Positions 8,770 to 15,900 of a stretch of 64,000 nt of DNA are shown one piece after another. Positions within the stretch are counted from its first letter, which is position 1; the number at the start of each line of letters is the position of its first letter. Under the pieces are notes generated by a model. The model was given only the letters and a program-made list of their open reading frames with translations, did not search any database and was not told where the DNA came from. The stretch comes from Myxococcota bacterium (GTDB lineage Bacteria > Myxococcota_A > UBA9042 > PHBI01 > JBMYRH01): NCBI GenBank assembly GCA_049602155.1, contig JBMYRH010000014.1, positions 99,860-163,859 on the forward strand. Direction: 5' to 3'. Made by a program: the position numbers and the translations under genes.

Positions 8770-11700
8770 ATGTACGGTTTTGCACTCCGAACGCTCTGCG
8801 CCCTCCTCCTCATTCTCGCCGGCTGTGGTGGTGATGATGAGGGGGCTACGTCTTCAAACGGAGCAACTCAGTGCTGCTCGGTCGATAGTGAGTGTCCTGA
8901 GGCCTTCGAGTGCTGCGGTGCGACCGAGGTTGAGCGGTCAGGGGTCTGTGTCCCGGCGGGCAACACCTGCAACTACAACAACACCTGCGCCCCCGACGAG
9001 CCTGCGCCCTCTCCAGACGTTGAGGAGGACACCACGGGGCCCTCTGACGTGGGCGACGAGGTAGAGGAGCCAGACACCGCAGAGCCAGATGTCGTGGCGC
9101 CCGAAGAGGTCGTCGTGCCTGAGGAGGTGGAGGAGGACGTCAGTGGCCCAGAAGAGGAGGTCGAGGAGGGCCCGGAATGCGTCGCGCCCGTCGACTGCGT
9201 CGACAAGGTCGAGGTCGCGCAGTGCCAAGAGGCCTCCTGTGAAGAGGGGCTGTGCGTCATCAAAGACATCGCTGAATGCTGCCAATCGGATGCTGACTGC
9301 GATGCGTTCCTTGAGGACACCTGTTGTACGACGAAGACCTGTGACGTGGCGGCGCAGAAGTGCGGCGAGACGACCCCGATTCCAGGCTGCTGTGAGGCCT
9401 CCTTCCAGTGCCCCTCAGATCAGGACCCGGCCACGATCGACATTTGCGCAGACGCATGCACCACCGACGGGTGCACGTACCTGCCCTTATTAAAGTGCGA
9501 GAATGAGATCACCTACATGACACAAGGCTTCAATGACGCTGAGATGGCGGGCCTCACCGTCAGCGACACCGACGTCTTTGATACGGTCTCTGTGTCGACT
9601 CAGAAGGGCAGCACGGTCAGCCCAGAGCGGAGCCTCTACTTTGGCTCTCCCGAGTGTCAGACCTACTACACGGGGCCCATGGAGAACTGTGAGCCGACCG
9701 ACTTCCTCGCCTCTGAGGCTACGCCGATCGGCTTGGAGGTGCGGACCGAGAACGTCACCCTGGCGTACGAAGAGGCCGCCTACTTGGGCTTCTGGGTCAG
9801 GATGTCCGCCGAGCCGGCGCTCTTAAGGCAGCCATGTCGCTCCCTGGCCACTTGCCGTCAGACCAGCTGTAACCCTGCGGATGACAGCTACCAAGCGTGC
9901 CTTGAGTTCTGCTCTGATAACACGAAGAGCCAGCTCTATGGCGGTGTCTCTTGCGACTGCCCGGGGGGCGATGAGGGGTTGGCTTGCGCGACCCAGTGTG
10001 TCGACGCAGCTTTCGGTGAGGTTGAGGCGTCCGCGGATGCACTCAGTGCCTGCGTCCTCGACGCTTGTGCGGCGGTTGAGGACGGTGCAGAGAGCGTCAT
10101 CTGTGAGCTTGAAGCCGTTGGCCCTGGCGGAGCGTGTGCGGCCGCCTCGGACAGCTGTGATGCGATCTACAGCTGGATGACGCCGACGGATTACCTCCGG
10201 GTCTCTATCGACACAGGCGAGGGGGAGCCTCAGACCATTTGGCGCAGCCCGGACAGCCTCGGGTTGGAGAATACGACCGAGGGAGAGTGGCGTTTTCAGG
10301 TCGTAGATCTCGAGCCCTTCAAGGGCAAGAACGTCAACTTCACGCTCTCGTTCATCGCGGATGGGCAGAAGAACTTCAACACCGGCGGTGGTGAGAACTA
10401 CTACGGCGCGTATGTCGATGATCTCATCGTGCGCACCGCGTGTGACACCTGCATCCCTGGCAGTGAGTGTGCCAAGGACTTCGATGGCTGCACCTCGGAT
10501 GTCTGCATGGGGATCCACGGTGACGCTGATGTAGGGCTCTGCACTTACCACGCCACGGTCCTGGGGAGCAGCTGTCAGCCTTGCGCCCAGCCCGGTGACT
10601 GCGGCAACGACCCCAACCTCGACTACACCTGTGACGAGGGGCTGTGTGGTTCGACGATCAAGAGCGAGTCCTGTGAGCCGTTCTCTAGTTTCCCTTACGA
10701 CACCCTGCCTGGTGGCGTAGCGATTCAGAGCTTTGAGGTCATCGGGGTCGACTTCTGGTCGGTAGAGGACCCTTACCCCGGCGACAATATCGCGTGGCAG
10801 GTGACGGACTCAGATGGCTACGTGGGTCCGAAGAGCCTCTACTTTGGGGACCCAGGGTCGGGGACGTATGAGGCGGATCCCGTGAACCCGGCGGCCGGGG
10901 CGATCTGGTCGCCGAGCTTCCAGATCTCGACCGAAGTGGGGATGCCGACGGTCCTGGCTTTTTGGCTCAACCTCTCGACCGAGTGGGATCTGCTCGGCGG
11001 AGACTTTGATCCGGAAGACCCTTATTTACAGCAGTACGACAAGCTCACCGTGTATCTCCACGAGGTCGGTGAGGATGAGCCGGTGGCGCTCTGGGAGTCA
11101 GGCACGACCCTCGGTAATTCGACCCTCGGGACCTGGCAACAGATCGGTATCGACGTCAGCGACTGGGCCAATAAGTTTGTACGCATCGGGTTTGAGTTCG
11201 ACAGCGGTGAAGGGGAGGGCAAGTCCTACGGCAATAACTTCGGGGGCGTCTACATCGATGAACTGACCGTGTCGGTGTACTGCGAGACCGAGTGTCTGAC
11301 CTCCGAGGTCTGTGATGACGGTGACACGTGCACGACGAATGCTTGCGTGCTTGGCGCCTGTGAGACGACGCAGCCTAATCCGGACTGCTGCCACGTTGAC
11401 GCTGACTGTAGTCACCCGAACGGCTGCGTGAATACGTCCTGCGTCGAGGGGACCTGTGAGTACGAATACAGCGCCCTCGCCAGCTGCTGTGACGATGGAC
11501 CCTGGCTCGATGGCTGGAGTGAAGGCTTCGAGGACGGCGCTCAGGGGTGGGCGACCATTGACTCGACGCCACCTGTGGTGTGGACGCTCTCTCAAGACGC
11601 TCAGCACTCGGGCTATTGGAGCTACAACTTTGCGGACCCCGAGACGGGCTTTTACAGCACCGCGGAGTTTGATGAGGCGCTCGGGGTAGAGATCGGTAAG

Positions 11701-12804
11701 CAGACCGGTGGACGCCTGATAAGCCCTGTCGTGTCCGTGCCGCCTTTCAACACAGGGAACCCCTTCGCTGAGTTCTGGTTAAACATGTCGACGGAGTGGG
11801 ACTTTGGAGACAAGGCGAACTTCGAGCCAGCCATCCCCGTCGATGAGCTTCGAGTGCTCGTCGCCACGGGCGGTAACGTGGTCGGCGCGGCAGAGCTGTG
11901 GACCAGTCATTACCTCTTCAACACGACCAAGGGAGAGTGGGCGCACACCTATGTCGACCTCGGAGATTACCGGGGTGAGGACGTGCAGCTCATCTTCGAG
12001 TTCATCTCCGGTGACGGGAATTTCAACGACTATGCTGGCGCCTTTGTTGATGATGTGAGCTTCGGGACGACCTGCAAGGCCGCTGCTGTGATTCAGTGCT
12101 TCGATGGCGGGGATTGCGCGAACAACGACGCGTGCACAGACGTGACCTGCACCGAGGACTTTACCTGCGTGTACCAGGCTGTGGACTCGCCACAGTGCTG
12201 TGAGCCGACGGATATGGAGGGCTTGGCGATGACCTTTGAGGCCGGCGCGTTGTCCTGGGAGTTCACGGCCTGTGACGCGGCAGAGACGGCGCCGGGTATC
12301 CCGGTCGATCCCAGCTCGACATGGAAGGTCGTCAACGAAGCTCAAGCGACCGGTATCGACGCCAAGTACGGCGAGGGCATGCTCTACTTTGGTAATGGAT
12401 TTGATTATGGCGGTGCGACGAGCACGGCCTCTTGTGGTCGCGCGGTCAGTGAGCCTGTGACGATCACGGCGTCGGACGCCCCTTGGATGCTGACTTACTG
12501 GATCTTCATGGACATCGAGCCGGCGACGGACTGTGACCAGGGCTTCGGTGCCCCATGGCTGGACGTCTTCACCCTTGAGATCCTCGACGAGACCAACGAT
12601 GACGCGACCCTCATCTTGGTCAAGGACTCCCTCTTGTGCAGCGACTACGGCGCTTGGGCACACCAGATGTGGGACTTGACCCCTTGGGTCGGCTCCACCA
12701 TCCGGTTCCGTGTCGGCTTTAACTCATGGGATCAAGAGGTCAACAGCGGCAAAGGCATCGCCCTCGATGAGTTTCGCTTCGAGAGGGGCTGCGCTGAGTT
12801 TTAG
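8770..12804 (+). CDS. giant Cys-rich lipoprotein with four MAM-like (meprin/A5/mu-type) domains
   Basis: The signal is MYGFALRTLCALLLILAGCGGDD, followed by Cys-rich and acidic N-terminal regions. Four modules begin with SLYFG, MLYFG or WSYNF. Each has an FWLN/YWIF-MS/D-x-EWD core and ends in G-x-Y/F-[IV]DD[LV/EL]-x-[VF]-x3-C, which is the MAM-domain end signature (G-IAIDD-x-F-C in animals). Confidence 0.65.
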   Translation: MYGFALRTLCALLLILAGCGGDDEGATSSNGATQCCSVDSECPEAFECCGATEVERSGVCVPAGNTCNYNNTCAPDEPAPSPDVEEDTTGPSDVGDEVEEPDTAEPDVVAPEEVVVPEEVEEDVSGPEEEVEEGPECVAPVDCVDKVEVAQCQEASCEEGLCVIKDIAECCQSDADCDAFLEDTCCTTKTCDVAAQKCGETTPIPGCCEASFQCPSDQDPATIDICADACTTDGCTYLPLLKCENEITYMTQGFNDAEMAGLTVSDTDVFDTVSVSTQKGSTVSPERSLYFGSPECQTYYTGPMENCEPTDFLASEATPIGLEVRTENVTLAYEEAAYLGFWVRMSAEPALLRQPCRSLATCRQTSCNPADDSYQACLEFCSDNTKSQLYGGVSCDCPGGDEGLACATQCVDAAFGEVEASADALSACVLDACAAVEDGAESVICELEAVGPGGACAAASDSCDAIYSWMTPTDYLRVSIDTGEGEPQTIWRSPDSLGLENTTEGEWRFQVVDLEPFKGKNVNFTLSFIADGQKNFNTGGGENYYGAYVDDLIVRTACDTCIPGSECAKDFDGCTSDVCMGIHGDADVGLCTYHATVLGSSCQPCAQPGDCGNDPNLDYTCDEGLCGSTIKSESCEPFSSFPYDTLPGGVAIQSFEVIGVDFWSVEDPYPGDNIAWQVTDSDGYVGPKSLYFGDPGSGTYEADPVNPAAGAIWSPSFQISTEVGMPTVLAFWLNLSTEWDLLGGDFDPEDPYLQQYDKLTVYLHEVGEDEPVALWESGTTLGNSTLGTWQQIGIDVSDWANKFVRIGFEFDSGEGEGKSYGNNFGGVYIDELTVSVYCETECLTSEVCDDGDTCTTNACVLGACETTQPNPDCCHVDADCSHPNGCVNTSCVEGTCEYEYSALASCCDDGPWLDGWSEGFEDGAQGWATIDSTPPVVWTLSQDAQHSGYWSYNFADPETGFYSTAEFDEALGVEIGKQTGGRLISPVVSVPPFNTGNPFAEFWLNMSTEWDFGDKANFEPAIPVDELRVLVATGGNVVGAAELWTSHYLFNTTKGEWAHTYVDLGDYRGEDVQLIFEFISGDGNFNDYAGAFVDDVSFGTTCKAAAVIQCFDGGDCANNDACTDVTCTEDFTCVYQAVDSPQCCEPTDMEGLAMTFEAGALSWEFTACDAAETAPGIPVDPSSTWKVVNEAQATGIDAKYGEGMLYFGNGFDYGGATSTASCGRAVSEPVTITASDAPWMLTYWIFMDIEPATDCDQGFGAPWLDVFTLEILDETNDDATLILVKDSLLCSDYGAWAHQMWDLTPWVGSTIRFRVGFNSWDQEVNSGKGIALDEFRFERGCAEF

Positions 12805-12810
12805 TGGAGG

Positions 12811-12831
12811 CGTATCAGGCGAGCCGATACG
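12811..12831. terminator. short hairpin between convergent genes (CGTATC-9nt-GATACG)
   Basis: A 6-bp inverted repeat with a 9-nt loop sits in the 38-bp gap between the convergent stops at 12804 and 12843. No U-tract follows it. Confidence 0.2.
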
Positions 12832-12842
12832 TGCCGCGCGCT

Positions 12843-13436
12843 TCAGGGAGCTGAGCCGCCCGTGAGCTGCACGTAGAGGTCCTCTTTTAGGACCGCGCCG
12901 TGGTCGTCTTGAACCGTGAGCTTGATGAGGGCCTCCGAGCCACTGACCTGAGGGTCCATCACCACCAAGAAGAGGTTGTAGTAGTAGTCCACGTCGTTGC
13001 CGCCAGGGATGAGCTTCTGTTTGGCGAGGCCGATCTCCCCTTGGGGCTCTTCGTCGACGGTGATTCGAGCGACGATCGTCACCTTGCCCTGGAAGATGTC
13101 ACGCGTTCGGAAGGCTAGGACCACCATCCAGAGGCCCTGGAAGCCGAGCTCGATGTTGAGCTCATCTCCGTTCACCAGGGGGCTGAAACTGTCGGGAGTG
13201 TTGGCGCCGGTGACGTTCGTCCCGGCCTCGAAGAAGGGCTCTGGGGCCACGATATCCTCGGCAGGCTGAGCGGCGTCGTCTGGTGTCAGCGCGTCTTGAG
13301 CCGGGCCGCATTCGTCTCCTGCTGAGCACGTGGCTACGTCGTCCACAGCGTTTTGTATGTCTTGCGCAGGCGGTGCGGCGGCTTCGCAGGCGAAGAGCAG
13401 CAGACAGAGCGTCAGTGTGGGGGCGAATCGCGTCAT
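12843..13436 (-). CDS. hypothetical lipoprotein
   Basis: The internal Met at 13436 gives MTRFAPTLTLCLLLFACEAA, a lipobox signal. This start lies 1 nt downstream of the Kelch gene stop, so the pair is an operon. Confidence 0.45.
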   Translation of the reverse strand: MTRFAPTLTLCLLLFACEAAAPPAQDIQNAVDDVATCSAGDECGPAQDALTPDDAAQPAEDIVAPEPFFEAGTNVTGANTPDSFSPLVNGDELNIELGFQGLWMVVLAFRTRDIFQGKVTIVARITVDEEPQGEIGLAKQKLIPGGNDVDYYYNLFLVVMDPQVSGSEALIKLTVQDDHGAVLKEDLYVQLTGGSAP

Positions 13437-13437
13437 C

Positions 13438-14826
13438 TTAGAAGCATAGATCGTTGCAGGTGAGGCCACCTTTGCGCAGGCAGCTGACCCCGACGGTCGC
13501 GGTGTCGACCTCGGTCCAGGTCAGGCTCTCGAGGTCGAGCGCCATCACGTCATCGACGACGCCGCAGTCTGTTTTGCCGCCTGAGAGCCAGACGGTTGAC
13601 TCGCTAGCGACCCAGATGTGCGCGTTTCGGCGCTCCGGCACCTCCATCGCTACGTTGGTGAAGTCCGGTGGGAAGCTACAGAAGCCGTTCGCCGGCTTGT
13701 TGTAGGTGTCCCCGAGGTCCACTTGGGTCCACGTGTGGAGATCGGGGTCAAAGGACCAGAGATCGTTTCGATTGCCCAGGAGGCCATCGTCATGCCCGCC
13801 GAAGAGGAGGTATCCGTCGTGCATCGTGTCGTGCACGAGCCCGCCCCAGAAGCGTCCATCCGGGCGCTCATTGATGGGGTCGTCTAAGCGCGTCCAGACT
13901 CCACTGTCGACGTCTAGTGTGTAGACCTCGTCATAGTACTGAGCATTGTCGAAGAAGGCCCCCTCATCGGCGCCGCCGTGGATCACCATGCGACCCCGTG
14001 CCGAGTCCCAGAGCGCGCTCTGAAACAAGCGCGGCGATGGGGTACCACTGGTCGCGAGCTCACTCCATGTCCCGTTGTTGAGGTCCAAGACCCAGGTGTC
14101 GTTAAGGGCGATATATCCCATGCCAGAGGCTGAGGCATTCCCGCCGAAGATGACCATACGGTGCGCACTGGGGTCGTAGACGACGCCGGCGTTGATGCGC
14201 GCGCTGGGGCCTGTCTCCTGGGCCACCTCGCTCCAGGTCTCGGTCGTGAGGTCGAAGGCCCACACGTCACCGTACAGCGTGTAGTTGCCGCTGGTCGCGA
14301 AGCGGTAGCGTCCGCCGAAGATCAGCATTCGATGCTCGGTGGAGTCATAGACCGCGGCGTGGCGTGTGCGGCCCGTGGGCGGTCCGCCCGAGACCATGCG
14401 CCAGAGTTGGCATTTCAAGTCGAAGATCCACGTCTCTTTTTCAAAGGTTGAGATCGGGAATGAGCACTCCACAGGGACGCCCAGAGAGCCGCCGAAGAAG
14501 ACCAATTGGTCACCGACAGGATCGAAGATCCCCGCGTGTTCACTTCGCCTCATCGGGCGCAGCCCATCTGGAGGTGGGCAGGGGTCCTCCACGGGCTCCT
14601 CGATCACGTCCTCGTCCGGTCCGGCTGTCCCATCGGCGGGAGAGCCCGCGTCTAACACGCCCGCTCCGCTCGCGTCGTCGCCACCCGTCGCTGTGACGCC
14701 AGCGTCCTCGTTGTCATCAGCGCCCTGCGCTGACGCCGTGTCGCCTTGCTCCGGAGCGGGGGCGCCGTCGCCGGAGTCGCATGCTCCGAGGCTGATGAGC
14801 AGAATAGCAAGCGCGCGGAGCTTCAT
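13438..14826 (-). CDS. Kelch-repeat beta-propeller lipoprotein
   Basis: The signal is MKLRALAILLISLGACDSG. Kelch-like blades recur, for example AGIFDPVGDQLVFFGG, RHAAVYDSTEHRMLIFGG, AGVVYDPSAHRMVIFGG and MVIHGG. An acidic, Gly-rich linker follows the signal peptide. Confidence 0.7.
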   Translation of the reverse strand: MKLRALAILLISLGACDSGDGAPAPEQGDTASAQGADDNEDAGVTATGGDDASGAGVLDAGSPADGTAGPDEDVIEEPVEDPCPPPDGLRPMRRSEHAGIFDPVGDQLVFFGGSLGVPVECSFPISTFEKETWIFDLKCQLWRMVSGGPPTGRTRHAAVYDSTEHRMLIFGGRYRFATSGNYTLYGDVWAFDLTTETWSEVAQETGPSARINAGVVYDPSAHRMVIFGGNASASGMGYIALNDTWVLDLNNGTWSELATSGTPSPRLFQSALWDSARGRMVIHGGADEGAFFDNAQYYDEVYTLDVDSGVWTRLDDPINERPDGRFWGGLVHDTMHDGYLLFGGHDDGLLGNRNDLWSFDPDLHTWTQVDLGDTYNKPANGFCSFPPDFTNVAMEVPERRNAHIWVASESTVWLSGGKTDCGVVDDVMALDLESLTWTEVDTATVGVSCLRKGGLTCNDLCF

Positions 14827-15146
14827 GGATGACCTCTCGATAATGATTTTCATTACCAGTCTGGAGTGGAGGGTGCCCTGAAAGCAATGCGTTTTCGCGT
14901 GTTGAGTCAAGCGTTTTAAGGAGTTGCCTTCTATCAAGGAGAGATCTCAGTCGACCTTTTCATCCCAAAATGCACCTGACAGGCTTGATGATGGCATGAC
15001 CGCCGGCCACAACCTTCTTCACATCAACAAGTGTAGCGTTTTTACACACGGAGCATGTCTAGATGTGGTGAATAAGTCGGCATTACCTTGGCGGGTCGTA
15101 ACCCAGAAAGGTCTGTTTTCGCATTAATCACAAATACTTGTGGTGG

Positions 15147-15162
15147 TTGGCACGGCTGTTGC
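15147..15162 (+). promoter_or_regulatory. sigma-54 (RpoN) -24/-12 promoter, TGGCACG-GCTG-TTGCT
   Basis: This is an exact match to the sigma-54 consensus TGGCACG-N4-TTGCW. It lies 35 bp upstream of the ATG at 15197, inside an AT-richer 259-bp divergent intergenic region. Confidence 0.55.
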
Positions 15163-15196
15163 TCTGTGTGCTGTCATGTCACGCACCACTTAGGAG

Positions 15197-15805
15197 TTGG
15201 CCATGACACAGGGACCTTCACTCATCTTGAGCGCGTCATTGCTCTCCCTCCTCGCCTTCGCCTCGCCGACCCTGGCGTGTATGGACCATGAGGAGATGTT
15301 CGTCCCCATGGATGAGGGGGCGCAAGCTCAGGATGAACCCGCCACGCCTCCGCCGATCTCTGAAGCGCCGGGACCTTATGACTTCCCCTGCGACACGGAT
15401 ATGGACTGCCCAGCAAGCTTAACCTGCGAACATGTGGAGTGTTGCATGGCGCGCGATTGCCTCTGCCCTCCAATGGCGTGTCTCACGTCCGATACAGGCG
15501 CTCAGGGGCGAGACTGCCTGTCGGATGACGACTGCGGCAGCGACTACAGCTGTACATTCGATGATGGAGAGGGGTGCACGGATCAGGCCGATGAAGTTTG
15601 CGTGGCGCCTCGGTTCGGTTGGTGTGACTTCGACCCCTCTGGGCCTCCCTCTGCGATGCCGTACCCCGACGATGGCGCCGACGCCCTCGACGAGGGCACG
15701 GAGGAGCTCACGGGGTGTCAGGGAGGGTCAGACACAGGCCTCCCGCTCGTCTTTGCGTTGGCGCTCTTCGCCGCGACTCTCTCCAGGCGTCCTCAGCTGA
15801 GCTGA
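15197..15805 (+). CDS. secreted Cys-rich protein with a MYXO-CTERM-like C-terminal sorting tail
   Basis: The signal is MAMTQGPSLILSASLLSLLAFASPTLAC. The body is Cys-rich and acidic. The C-terminus is GCQGGSDTGLPLVFALALFAATLSRRPQLS: a Cys, then a hydrophobic stretch, then Arg, which is the MYXO-CTERM architecture. Confidence 0.6.
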   Translation: MAMTQGPSLILSASLLSLLAFASPTLACMDHEEMFVPMDEGAQAQDEPATPPPISEAPGPYDFPCDTDMDCPASLTCEHVECCMARDCLCPPMACLTSDTGAQGRDCLSDDDCGSDYSCTFDDGEGCTDQADEVCVAPRFGWCDFDPSGPPSAMPYPDDGADALDEGTEELTGCQGGSDTGLPLVFALALFAATLSRRPQLS

Positions 15806-15900
15806 CGCCCTCATGCCCGTGCTCTCCTGGTGCCTGTCCCTCATGTCAGGAGAGCATTGAGCCGATGGCCCTCACCCCCTTGGGCCATCGGCTCTCTTTT

